Source of the DNA: Podarcis gaigeae
Taxonomy: Eukaryota
Reading direction: 5' to 3' (one strand)
DNA: 64,000 nt
Assembly: GCA_964106915.2 (NCBI GenBank)
Contig: OZ066920.1
The notes below the pieces were generated by a model, which made no database searches, was not told the origin of the DNA, and saw nothing but the letters and a program-made list of their open reading frames with translations. Positions 12,310 through 24,164 of this stretch are shown one piece after another. The position numbers were made by a program, and so were the translations under genes. Each line of letters opens with the position of its first letter. Position 1 is the stretch's first letter.

Positions 12310-12428
12310 GGTGGGAGTCAACTAAGGGTAGACCCACTCAGGGTAGACCCACTGAATTTAATGAGTATGACTAAGGTCCATTCATTTCATTGTGTCTACT
12401 CTGAATGGAACTTAGTTGACTACCACCC
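12310..12428. mobile_element. Palindromic ~120-bp MITE (GGTGGTA..CAACTAAG / CTTAGTTG..TACCACC family)
   Basis: Terminal inverted repeats and AGTAGACCCA/TGTCTACTCT inner arms. Relatives at ~680-770, 48412-48530 and ~61528-61725. Confidence 0.65.
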
Positions 12429-12904
12429 TTGCCATTGTGCTATCTTCTAGATGTCGGTGTAGTCTAATACCCATTAGAGTATGTTGGAGATGGTAGCTGT
12501 CATCCTGCAACATCTGGGAGACACAATGGTGGTGACCCTTGATGGATGGTGTAAAAACAACAACACACACACACCTCCAAGTAGTGTTTATTTTATCCCT
12601 AAGTTGTCCACGGAACTCAGAACTGGGAAGCAAAGATTTCACCTTCCCTCATAGGGAGGCTTTTTGTTTTTGTTTATTTTGGCAAGGGTGAGGTGCTGGC
12701 CAAGTGCTTGCAAAGCCTTACATAGCACAATAGTATGTGGGCTAATGCCATACAAGGGAACTTTGCCACTTCAGGCATGTTTCCGGTGCACTGATTGTCA
12801 CAGAGAGCCTTGAGCATCTGATGAGTGCAAGAAGCACATGCCCAATGGAACACACCAGCATGCAAATTTAATTTATCTTATCCACTGTATGCATATTATA
12901 ATAT

Positions 12905-13615
12905 TTATTTATTGCATCCATATACCACCTTTTTTCTCCAAGTTCAAGCTGGTGTACATGGTTCTCTCCCTCCTCAAGTTATCCGCACAACAACCCTGTG
13001 AGGTAGTTTAGGCTTAGAGGCAGTGACTAGCCCAAGGTCACCCAGTGAACTTCATGGCTGAGCGGGGATTTGAACCCTGGTCTCCCAAGTCAGAGACATC
13101 ACCTTGCTAACAAAGGTCCGTATAGTTAAAGCTATGGTTTTCCCAGTAGTGATGTATGGAAGTGAGAGCTGGACCATAAAGAAGGCTGATCATCGAAGAA
13201 TTGATGCTTTTGAATTATGGTGCTGGAGGAGACTCTTGAGAGTCCCATGGACTGCAAGAAGATCAAACGTATCCATTCTTAAGGAAATCAGCCCTGAGTG
13301 CTCACTGGAAGGACAGATCGTGAAGCTGAGGCTCCAATCCTTTGGCCACCTCATGAGAAGAGAAGACTCCCTGGAAAAGACCCTGATGTTGGGAAAGATG
13401 GAGGGCACAAGGAGAAGGGGACGACAGAGGACGAGATGGTTGGACAGTGTTCTTGAAGCTACCAGCATGAGTTTCACTAAACGGCGGGAGGCAGTGGAAG
13501 ACAGAAGTGCCTGGCGTGCTCTGGGCCATGGGCTCACAAAGAGTCGGTCACGACTAAATGACTAAACAACAACAACAACTCCCAAGTCCTAGTCCATCCA
13601 CTATGCCATACTGCT
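12905..13615 (-). mobile_element. MIR/CORE-type SINE interrupted by Bov-B
   Basis: CACAACAACCCTGTGAGGTAG...CCCAAGGTCACCCAG...GGGGATTTGAACCCTGGTCTCCCAAGTC, which resumes as CTAGTCC...CCACTATGCCA after the Bov-B insert. Confidence 0.8.
13092..13578 (+). mobile_element. Bov-B (RTE) LINE, 5'-truncated
   Basis: ORF 13104-13565 is the Bov-B C-terminus (KAMVFPVVMYGSESWTIKKA...IDAFELWCWRRLLRVPWTARRSN...GRQRTRWLD). (CAA)n tail and 10-bp TSD CTCCCAAGTC at 13082-13091 and 13579-13588. Confidence 0.97.
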
Positions 13616-14736
13616 GGGAGATTGCTTATAAGCAATAATGATATAATTCAATGGTACGAAGTGAGTCAGGGTAAGCAGAGAGGACAGGCTGATCCCATAT
13701 TTGCAGTTTAGTCTAACATTGCTATCCTTTGTTCACTGGAGCATCCAGACTACTCCATTGCCAATGAATTGCATTCCACAGCTTCTCCTCCCATGATTCA
13801 ACCAATAGATTTCCCATTATTTATTTCAAAGAACCTCAAGAGCTTTTTATTTGTGCTGGCATTTGGTAGTTGTGTTGATCAAAAATGCAGGGCATTAGCA
13901 GCTATGTCTAACTTCTCTCTATGCCTGCAGAGAAGATATACTTTGCTTGCTTCTTAGTGCCCTGAGCCATTGACATAGAAACTTAAAAATAAATAAATAC
14001 ATACATTATACATTTTCTTGTCTGTTCAGATGTGACAAGGAAGTGGCATGTGGGACACCACCAAAATCTCGTGCCTAAAAAAAAAAAAAAAAGCACTGAG
14101 AAGCCAGTAAGAAGCAACTTAATTACACTAGAAGTGATAAAGATTTTCCTAACTTACAACATTGTTTGAAACGTGCATTTAAAACAGGACCTATCTTCTC
14201 CTTTAGGGTATTTCAATGATTGCTCGTTTCAGATTTGCCACATTAACTTTTCAGCATCATATAAGCCTGATAGGGTACATCTTTGTTTCCTTATTTCTTT
14301 TCTATTAGTCGGTATCATTTATCACCCTGATAAAAACTTGTAACGGCTGTTTCTCTCCTGCTTTTCTTTGCGTTATAAAAGCCCTAGGGCTAATTAAGGC
14401 ACTGATCCTGAAACAAAGCTCTTTAAACTTTATTGCCAGGAACAGTCAGATTGAATTGGCAGTATAGTGAAGTGTGCATACACCTATTTACAAGGTCAGG
14501 TTGCTACCAAAACTTTCTATTCTTTGTTATATAATAATGCATTAATCTGGAGGGGGAAAGTATACCCCCAACAGATAGATACAAAAAACCCTGCTCTTCT
14601 TGCCAACCTCCATCCATCCCACCTCTCACTGGGACTACCAGCTTCCATAGCACTGATCTTATGAATCTGATATCCGTTGGCCTTAAGGTGGAAGGCAAAG
14701 AATGGATTGTGATGGGTAGCTACCATCATTTCCATT

Positions 14737-14909
14737 GGGGATGGGCCGTGGCTCAGTGGTAGCGCATCTGCTTTGCATGCAGAAGGTGCCAGGTTCAATC
14801 CCTGGCTTGGGAGAGAATCCTGCCTGAAACCCTATAGAGCCAGTGTAGACAATACTAAGCTAGATAGGCCAATGATCTCACTTGGTATAAGGCAGCTTCC
14901 TATGTTCCT
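14737..14909 (+). mobile_element. tRNA-derived SINE, Squam3-like
   Basis: A box GTGGCTCAGTGG, B box GGTTCAATCCC, and body ending GGTATAAGGCAGCTTCCTATGTTCCT. Confidence 0.85.
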
Positions 14910-15180
14910 GTGATTCACAGCCTTTGCTCCCCCCGGAAATGCAGGGCTCCCTTCTTACTTGGGAAGCAGCAGTGAGGAATGCGTGGGGCTGATTCCCAGA
15001 TGCCCAAGGGAAATGACAGCGGATATTCCCCCACAATGACACTATCTCAGGCAGCACAATCAACTCTCTGTCTTTAATTCTAAGTTAAAGGGCCAGGGGG
15101 TCTGAAGGCTGAAGATTAACCCAGAGAGCTGAGCCTACAACCAGTCATAGCCTCTCTCTCATGCACGAGCTGCCTCAGTA

Positions 15181-15422
15181 CAGTGGTACCTTGGGTTACA
15201 AACACCTCAGGTTACAAACACTTCAGGTTACAGACTCTGCTAACCCAGAAGTAGTACCTCAGGTTAAGAACTTTACCTCAGGCTGAGAACAGAAATCACA
15301 TGCTGGCGGAGCGGCAGCAGCGGGAGGCCCCATAAGCTAAAGTGGTACCTCAGGTTAAGAATAGTTTCAGGTTAAGAACGGACCTCCGGAACGAATTAAG
15401 TTTGTAAACGGAGGTGCCACTG
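15181..15422. mobile_element. Tc1/mariner (Tigger-like) MITE, family A
   Basis: CAGTGGTACC...GGTGCCACTG with TA TSDs. Colinear with 8362-8603. Confidence 0.92.
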
Positions 15423-15640
15423 TATTGTGTAGTTTCTTCTCAGGCTTTCATCTAGGAGCAATGGGGAAACCTCCAAGGGAGTGGAATGACCAGTGTCCTG
15501 GAAGGCAAGGCACAGGAAAGTGCTGCTCTGGGATGCTTTTCAGAGGAGACATGATGGTGTCAGCTGCTGAAGCATTGGGGTGATGATTGATCAGCCCTCC
15601 TTGATCTGGCAGATGAGGGAGGTGAAAATGAAGCTGAGAG

Positions 15641-15776
15641 CAGGAGTGGGGAACCTTTGGTCCTCCAGATGTTGCTAAACTACAACTCCCACCCATCCCA
15701 GCAAGACTGGGCAATGGCCCAGGATAATGGGCATTGTACTTTAACAAAATCTGGAGGCCAAAGCTTCCACACCCTG
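15641..15776. mobile_element. hAT palindromic MITE
   Basis: CAGGAGTGGGGAACCTTTGG...CCAAAGCTTCCACACCCTG with CTCCAGAT/ATCTGGAG arms. Confidence 0.8.
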
Positions 15777-17816
15777 AGCACAGAGGAAACTGGAGAATGA
15801 GTAAGAAAAGCAAGCAGAGGCTGCATATGTCTTTTCTTTTAAGGCGTTCCTACTTTACGCTGTTTAAACGATAACACTTGCATTTGTTTTGTTTGCATTT
15901 GGTTGTTTGCATTTCTAATTAAAAAACTGAACTTGCATTTCATCTGGCTGAATATTTTTTGTTAAATCTCAGTATGTTTTGCAAGTTGAACCTATGCAGT
16001 CAATTCAAAGGTGAATTTATTTTGCTTGCTTGCTTCCAGGAAACTATATGCATAACATTGCAGTCATGATGATCTTAATAAGTTGGGTATTATGCCACAT
16101 GCTGCTGCTGTTGATGATATAATAATGGATCAACACAGACGTCTGCATTTTTGGATTCTCTTTGGGGGTATGACTGTGGGAGCTGTCACGATGAGTCCTG
16201 CACTTCAACATTTACTGTTACACCACTGGGAGTGACAAATTGCAGGCTGAGCTAAAGCTAGTTGGAGAAAAGCTTTGAGCATTTAAGTGAGTCCCAGTGC
16301 GGCTGCTGGTGTAGTTGCAGTGTCAGGCAAAAAAGTCATTAGATCTGCAACCCTATGCCTATCCACCCTATCCACATTGAACTAAACCAGGCTTACTTCT
16401 GATGCTTGCAATGTATAGACTTGCAATGCTGGAGAGCATAGTGATGCAATTGCTTTAAGAAAACACATGTGGAAATTCAATAACCATTTTAATTGTGCAT
16501 ATGTGCATGCAGGATTAATTTTAGGGTACAGGATGGATGGATGGCTTTTTTAATTCCGTATAGTTGCTTGCATTTTATTGGAAATGTATTTAAAAATTGG
16601 ATTGTAATAAATTTGAAACAAATTCTACCAAAGTGCATGTACTTTAGATAACTCATTATTTTTATTGAGGCAGAATTCCAAACATTTGACAGTTGGCTTG
16701 TGAAACAGGGCAGTTTTGCATTCAGTGTTGGGGGCTCATTTTCTCCCTGGTGGTGCTCTCTGCCATGCACAGAAGTGCCTAAGGGAAAGAAAATATCCAG
16801 TTCTATTTTTAGCCACACACCTTGGAATACCTTGCCAACAAAAAGCAGCCCAGTAGCATTTTCAAATCGTAGCCTCAGTTAAGCTAGAAAATAACAGGTC
16901 TCTTTCATTTTGCCGCCTGGCTTTTCTTCTGAATTAGAGCCAAAAGAGGTTTAACACAGAAATCCTTAGCATGATTACTCAGAATTACTAAGCACCTCCG
17001 AGTTGTATGGCTGCTGATCCAACTGTCCATCCAGCTTTATTAAAATGTTACTTATTAAAGGCTATTAATTACACATTATTTATATGATTCATTTTGCAGG
17101 TCTGGGAATCACTCTCACATCTGCCTACAGATTGTATCTGTGTATAACTCTCACACCCTTGTGAATTCACTTTTGAGAAAGGCTCATGGCAAGTTCTTAA
17201 ATCCACATCTGCTGTTTGATGGCTGCAAGATCAAGTAGCAAATATGCAGTGTAACATGGCTGGCGTAGTCCCATGGTACTATACTGGAGACCGAGAAGAA
17301 AAATGTACTAGAAGAAAGGGAAATCCGCTAGTGGCAGAGGCACATTTTTTGGCACATCAGTCTTCTGAACTCTGCTACTCTGAGCTGATGATTTTCTTAT
17401 TTTCCAGCCTCACCTATCAATGATCAGCAGGAACACCACCATGTTCCTCCTGTAGCTAATTCTGAAACTCTGTAGTAATTACTCTGGGAGGATGCACCTT
17501 CTGCTTCCCATCATGGCAAGGGGATAGAGCAACATGGCCCCAAGCTATAGGCTATTGGAGGAACAACTGCTTTAATGCTTGCTTTCTTCTACTCTCCCTA
17601 CTCGTTTTTAACATAGCTGCAACACTTCCAAAATGGTAGGTGCTTTGTGATGACAATACGAATAAATGCGTCAGGAGGTTTGTCCACAACTGCGAGAAAG
17701 CTTGCTGGGGACAGAGTTGGAACTTTTTTTTCCACAGCGAGTTAAACCATCTCCCAGTTGGGGAATGGGGCCTCTCCACCGCTTGAGGAATGACAGCCAG
17801 TGCCTTTTCCATTTAA

Positions 17817-18152
17817 GTTGTTGTTGTTTAGTCGTGTCACATTACAGCACGCCAGGCACTCCTGCCTTCCACTGCCACCTGCAGTTTGGTCAAACTCATG
17901 CTGGTAGCTTCGAGAACACTGTCCAACCATCTCGTCTTCTGTTGTCCCCTTCTCCTTGTGCCCTCCATCTTTCCCAACATCAGGTCTTTTCCAGGGATTC
18001 TTCTCTTCTCATGAGGTGGCCAAAGTATTGGAGCCTCAGCTTCAGGATCTGTCCTTCTAGAGAGCACTCAGGGCTGATTTCCTTAATAGTTTTGATCTTC
18101 TTCAGTCCATGGGACTCTCAAGAGTCTCCTCCAGCACCTTAATTCAAAAGCA
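17817..18152 (-). mobile_element. Bov-B 3' fragment with internal deletions
   Basis: Starts with the GTTGTTGTTGTTTAGTCG tail. The - strand translates to LMLGKMEGTRRRGQQKTRWLDSVLEATSMSLTKL. Inverted relative to the copy at 13092-13578. Confidence 0.92.
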
Positions 18153-18199
18153 ATTTAGGTAGACTGCATTTAGGGAGACTGCAGCAATCCATATGTTCT

Positions 18200-19490
18200 C
18201 TCGAGGCACGGTGCAATCTAGATCTCCATTGACTTCACGTCACTCGGGGACGCAGCACTGCCCGGCTGGGATCGCCCCCGCTCTATTTAATCACCTAAAT
18301 GTACAGTATAAAGAGAATAATGCCTAAAAGCACGTGACCCTGGATTATCCCCAGGTCACCACGACGCCTCCGACGTCTCGCCCCACTGACCCACTAAATG
18401 CCGCCGCTCTTGTCTGCCAGGCTGAGGACCTGGCAATCCCTTCGGTGTGCGTGTGTGTGCGTGTACCTGCCTCGCTCTCGTCAGACGGGCTCCATTCGCC
18501 CACCGCCCTCCCACAGCAACAGCAGCCGTCTCTGGCAGGCGTCGGGCATTGTGAACGTTGACACGACTGAAAGTTGAGGAGAGGGTCAGCGCTCCTCCTC
18601 CTCCGCGCACGTCTGAACGCGGCGACTCGCGTTATCGAAGGCGACACGGTGCAGCGTGAGGGGGCCGTTGAGTGGAGAGGGAAACGAAAGCAGGCAGGAC
18701 ACCGGCGAGAGCGAGCGAGCGAGAGAGCAGGGGCTGGCTAAACTGCGGGCCAGGGAATCGGACAGAATCCTCTCAGGGGGGCCAGAAAGGTGCCTGCAGC
18801 CTCGGCTGGAATGCCTCCTCCCTCGCCATTTGGCCGCCGCCAGCAGCGCCTGTGGTGTTGAGCCTCGCCGAGCTGCTGGGCTCATGCGCATTGCCGGCGA
18901 TGCTCGCGCGCTGCCCTCTCCGGCGCCACTTCTGCTCCTCCTCTCGCTGCTGCTGTTTCTCTCTTTCTCTCTCCTCCTCGCCTGTGTGAGGGACTCCCTG
19001 AACTAGAAGCTGCTCGCTCTGGGGCTGCCTCTTTCTCCCTCAGCCCTGCGCCTCCCTTGCCACGGGAAGCCTTTTTTGTGTTTGTTCTTTGCGACGTATT
19101 GCTTCCCCCCTCCCTCCCTCCATTGCGCTTTCCCACGCGCACCACCTCCCCGCCCGCGCTCCCCATTCTTCTCTTCTCTTCTCAGCCAAGCTGAGGCGAG
19201 GGAAAGTGGGGCGCTGTGAGCTCGACGCTGCTGCCAGGACCGGCTCGTTTGGACTCGGCGCCTCAGCCGGCTGCCTTTCGGAGCGTGGGGTCCTCACTCA
19301 GCCTTAGAGCTGCAGTGCGCGAAGCCGCCGGCGGGGGCGCGGCACCTGGAAGGATCAGAAAAAGCTCCCCAGCTCCAAAGAGAGGGAAGACTCTGCCGCC
19401 ACTGCCCGGGGGACCTGCCTCTCTGGTAAGTGGAGAAAAAAAAGGGTCGCAGCCTTGATTGTGTGATGCGGGAGAAACTGCAACGCTGAA
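18200..19490. promoter_or_regulatory. CpG-island promoter of an unidentified gene
   Basis: Abrupt GC- and CpG-rich, TE-free segment in a CpG-depleted background. CRE-like CACGTCA 18236-18242, E-box CACGTGAC 18331-18338, YY1-like CGCCATTT 18824-18831, NRF1-like GCTCATGCGCA 18880-18890. Confidence 0.9.
18900..19425 (+). other. Probable non-coding first exon (5' UTR); start approximate
   Basis: Strong donor CTG|GTAAGT at 19425/19426 at the 3' edge of the island. No ATG seen on + between ~18903 and 19425. Confidence 0.65.
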
Positions 19491-21096
19491 CTCTTTGTGA
19501 AAAGCCGAAAGTGTAGGGGAGAGAGGAGGTGGTGCTGGTGCCTAGCAGTGTGGACAATGCACTCTGCAGATGCTCAGAGGCACTGCTTTTTTTCCCCTTA
19601 CGATGGTTTGGCAGACGTGACTCTGTCGGTGAATATAGGGACCCAGGAATGGATCTCTGCTGAAATTAAAGCCCTAAAACAGGTGGAAGGGGAGATAATG
19701 TCAACTTTCAAGGGTGGGCTGAGCTCCTAAATGGAGGGTGGAAGGGATAAAGAGCAGTACTCTGAGAGGCAGGAGGAGAGCACAAATAGCCTGGGAATAA
19801 CAGACTGATAAAAGATCCACAGTGTACTTCATTCCTAAGGAATCTCACGGATTTGCCATTTCTGCTGCGTGATAATGTTTCTAAACCAGTGTTTAGGGGA
19901 CTGCAGCTTTTAGGCTGTGATTCAAAGAGCAGGTGCAGCCTTATCCTAGTTATACTTTTTGAGAAGCCTCTCCCACGATATTAAGCGGCATTTGCGGTCC
20001 CAAGTCAGCTTGCCTAGGACTGCAGCAGCATTGCTTGGACTGAAGAAAGTTCCATGGAAATAACTGCGACAGCTTGCAAGTTAGAAGTGTTTTAGGATTG
20101 TGGTGCTGGGTAATCGACATCAGCTAGCGTTTGTGGTAGCAGCAGGCTGTGTGTGACTATGTGTAGTGGTTTTATGTTCCATCTCAGCTCGCTGGGTGGT
20201 CTAGGGCAAATCTCAGTTTAAATTAAAGTGAAGGAAGGGATAAATGAGATAAGAATTGTAAACATACTTGTGGCTGAGAGGCACTTTGGAATGTGGAATA
20301 ATAATATTGCAGTGAGCAGGGCAGCTGTAGTCAAGGGGAGAGAAACAGGCTGTAAAGCTATTTTCATTTACCAGGAATTCAACTCAGGGAGGCTTACTTT
20401 TTACTAGGCATGTACAGGATTCCACTGGATGAGAGGCATGCATGGCACAATATCTACAGAAACTAGCTGACCAACCTCAGATCGCTTGGTCTCATAGTCT
20501 CTGTTTTTGTTTAGGTGCCAAAAATTAGCAGCAAAATCCTAAAATCAGATTGCATCCTTTAAGCGTTGCAAGTTTGCATTCTTACTTGGAAGTAGCAACA
20601 TGAGAGGTCTAGCAGTAGTGGTTATGCATTGGGGTGCCAGCTGTTTGATAGCAGTTTTTGTCTGTGATCTCATGCAATGCAATCAGCTTCAATGGAACTA
20701 TCTCTGAGTATACAAGCAGATACAAGCGATACAAGCAGCTGGGTTCTATAGTGACATTTAAACTGGGAAGTTGGGATGGGGCGGAGACTTCATTAGTAAG
20801 GACGAAAATCCATACTGAAGGGAGAAAGGGAGCATGTGATGAGAATAAGTGGTTGTACATAGCCAGCCTGTGCAATTTACTCTAGCACTGTGGGATTATT
20901 CACTTCCAGATTATCTGATCATAGATCATGTGGCACCTAATGGATTGCTGCCAAGTCTGAATAACCAGTTGCAAAGGAGCTCTCCTTGTTCGGGTGTTTT
21001 CTATACCAGTCTCTTCCAGTTTACATTTTTGTTAACTAATCCCAAGTGTGCTCAGGTTTTTGGGATGGTGGAGAAATTTGATTCAGTTTGCATTCA

Positions 21097-21444
21097 AATA
21101 ATAATAATAATAATAATAATTTATTATTTATATCCCGCCCATCTGGCTGGGCTTCCCCAGCCACTCTGGGCGGCTTCCAAAAGAATATTAAAATACTATA
21201 ATACATCAAACATTAAAAGCTTCCTGAAACAGGGCTGCCTTCAGATGTCTTCTAAAAGCCTGGTAGTTGTTGTTCTCTTTGACATCTGATGGGAGGGTGT
21301 TCCACAGGGAAGGCACCACTACCGAGAAGGCCCTCTGCCTGGTTCCCTGTAACTTGGCTTCTCGCAGTGAGGGAACCGCCAGAAGGCCCTCTGTGCTGGA
21401 CCTCAGTGTCCGGGTAGAACGATGGGGGTGGAGACGCTCCTTCA
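21097..21444 (-). mobile_element. Young L2 LINE 3' end
   Basis: (AAT)n tail. ORF 21206-21490 gives the L2 C-terminus (RTLRSSTEGLLAVP...RAFSVVVPSLWNTLPSDV...FRRHLKAALFQEAF). Confidence 0.92.
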
Positions 21445-22599
21445 AAGGCAAATTTGCCCAATTTCTAAAACAATATAAAAACTGAAACACTACAGTCCTT
21501 CCAGATTTGTGTCATTTGTGTTGTGGGCTGGCCGAGTTTGGATGATGCAGAGTTAGGGTGGGGAGTTTGCCGAGGACCCAGGGGAGGGCTCCAGCAGGGA
21601 CCAGAGATCTGCTGGAATTGGGGCAACTTGATAGTGAGGATTTTTTTTTGGGGGGGGGGTCCCTTCAACTTGGTCTCTCACCTTACCTGACTCCATGATG
21701 AGAGCCATGAACCCCACCTCCTTCTCCATCCCCATCTTCCTCTTCACAGCTGTCAGCATTTAGGTGCCTGTTGTGCCACCTGCCTTGGTGCTGTCAGATG
21801 CCCACCCATTTCTCAAGGGGCAGAGACACCAAGAGGTACCAAAGGAGGAGAGAACAGATGGTTCCACCTACTAGGCATAGTGAGAAATTGTAGTAAGACT
21901 TGCTGCACTAAGTTGAGCCTGCCCCATTTCTCTATATGGGATAGCAAGGGTGTGTTTCAGTGCTGGATAAACATCTGAAACTCTGGGAGTTAGATATTTG
22001 TTGTTGAAATCAATTATGTGTATTGCCTGAAGTGCCGTAAGCTAGTGATTTGCATATGTACTGCAGCAGTCTGAACATTGCACAGAATCCTCCTTTGAGC
22101 CTTCATTCTTCAGCAAGGACAATTTGTACTTCTTTAAATTTTGCAATGCATCTCTCCAGCCATATGCACAAAAACGTGTAAACTTCAGTGTGCAAATAAA
22201 TGCGCAGCATTGTGAGTTTGAGGGTTGGGGATAGGCTGTATGTCTGTCCAGTTTCTGGATTCAGCAGGGATTCTAATTGCCAAGTAAGTTTATTGGTAAT
22301 GGCCCAAGCATGGGTCATTAAGGTAACAAAGGAAGTGGCTCTGTGCCAAACGACAAATGGGGGGACTCCAATCCCTCAAACGTCTGTTAGTTCAAATGAA
22401 AGAACTGAGTTGTGTGTGTGTGAACTAGAAGCTGCAGGCTGGGCAGCTGAGACAGAGCCATGCCTGGTTTCTGCTTGAATCCACGGTTGTGACTATGGGA
22501 GAAGTCTCTGCTGTCCCTCATTCTGAGGAAACCAAACCCTAGGTAAGTGCCTGGAACCTCTGGAATCTCACACCACTTGGAGACTGGGGCAGCATGCAA

Positions 22600-22820
22600 C
22601 AATATATTAATGAAAAAAAATTAATGCATTATGTTAGGGGAAAATGCATATACAAATATATATAGTTTTTTAAAAATCGCAAAAATGCAGAGAAATTTTC
22701 ATTAAAAGTTGTTTTTTAAAAAAATTGAAGCTAATGAAGAAATCTGGAGAACTGGACCTAAAGACTGGAAAAATGAGAATCTGAGAGAAACAGAAATTGA
22801 TCTGTTTTGTCCCTCCCTAA
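22600..22820. mobile_element. Non-autonomous DNA-transposon-like repeat fragment (TCCCTA-ended, AT-rich sub-repeats)
   Basis: Shares ATGCATTATRTTAG.GGAAA sub-repeats with ~56930-57163 and ~62945-63270. Shares the AATGAGAA.CTGAG...GTCC.TCCCTA end with the 57 kb copy. Confidence 0.55.
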
Positions 22821-23928
22821 TTAGGATTTTCATTTCCTACTCAAGCCAAATTAGTGTGCACACTTGGAACTTGACACAGATTAAAGCATCGCATCATGGC
22901 TTGCACTTCTAACCGTGGTTGTGTGTGTGTTGTATGCACTGAGCCAGTGAGTTGACGGAAAGATACATTTGCCATGTATTGACCATTATCTGTTTGTATC
23001 TAACCAGCACATACAGTTGCTGCTAGGAAGCATTTTCACTTTCCCTCTCAGCTACAATCCCTCACATGCTTTTTTCCAAGGTTAAGTTCCATGAGGCACT
23101 GGGGATTGCCACTGGAAGAATGTTGCTCCTCTCTGTGTGCACACGAGTAGAGCCACTTCCGCTTCCGATGTGGAGGCATATGTGTGCATGTGGAGGCCTC
23201 CATGGTAAATAATCCCACTGTTATTTGAGTGGCAAACCCTTAGCAACTCATGCAATGGAAAAGCTTTTCAGCTGCACAGCACTAATAGACCTAATTATCT
23301 ATACACACAGCCAGTGATTTATAAGTGGTTGAACTGTAATGCTTTGAATAGTAGAGCTCTTTGACCTTTCATTCTGATCTGTCACCCAGGGATCTGGCTT
23401 TAAGCACAGTAATATATCATCAGTGATGCTGAATACTTGAACTGATTAAATATGTAACACTGAGCAACTGAACAACAAAAGCAGGAAAACACTTGTTTCT
23501 TGTTATATATATATTTAATTTAAAAAAATACATTTTGTAGTTAATGCCATAGTATCATTTTGATCTGCTTGGGCTTTCTCTGTGTTTTTTTTTTTATCTT
23601 ACGGAATATTATTTGCTATTTCCACTTGATAATGGTGAAATTTTTATGAGTACACCTTAATAACCTTGTATCACATTGGGATTCTGCCAATGCAGGGATA
23701 ACAGCCCTGGGACCACGCAAACACAGCGGTGAAGTAGTGGTATAATACTATCACGAAACTGTACCTCTAAGGATGCACAAGGGTTCCTTTCATGTGTACC
23801 TCCTGCAGCCTAGTCTTTTGCAGCGACTTATGTGGTCAAGCAATTCAAAACATCACACTCGAAATAATGGTTTCATAGCATTTCAAGCAACTGTTCTTAG
23901 GATCAAGACAGTGTTCCCCTTTACTGTA

Positions 23929-24164
23929 CAGTGGTACCTCTGGTTATGAACTTAATTCGTTCCAGAGGTCCGTTCTCAACTTGAAACTGTTATTAACCTG
24001 AGGCGCGCTTTCGCTAGTGGGGCCTCCCTCTGTGCCCGCGCCTCTGGCACGCGATTTCCGCTTGCATCCCAGGGCAAAGTTCGCAACCAGGAGCATCTAC
24101 TTCCGGGTTAGCGGAGCTCGTAAGCATTCGCAAGGAGCACGGTTCGTAACCAGAGGTATTACTG
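23929..24164. mobile_element. Tc1/mariner (Tigger-like) MITE, family A variant
   Basis: CAGTGGTACCTCTGGTTA / TAACCAGAGGTATTACTG, TA TSDs, opposite orientation to the 8362 copy. Confidence 0.9.

Noticed and set aside
13104-13565. 153-aa ORF as a host gene
   Set aside because: It is the C-terminus of a 5'-truncated Bov-B LINE with TSD and (CAA)n tail.
14737-14810. tRNA-Ala(TGC)-like sequence (also at 2335)
   Set aside because: The acceptor stem is incomplete and it continues into a SINE body. It is a SINE head, not a tRNA gene.
18334-19557. Cluster of overlapping ORFs in the GC-rich region
   Set aside because: Low-complexity A/R/G/P/S translations, mostly with non-ATG starts, as expected from stop-codon scarcity in a CpG island.
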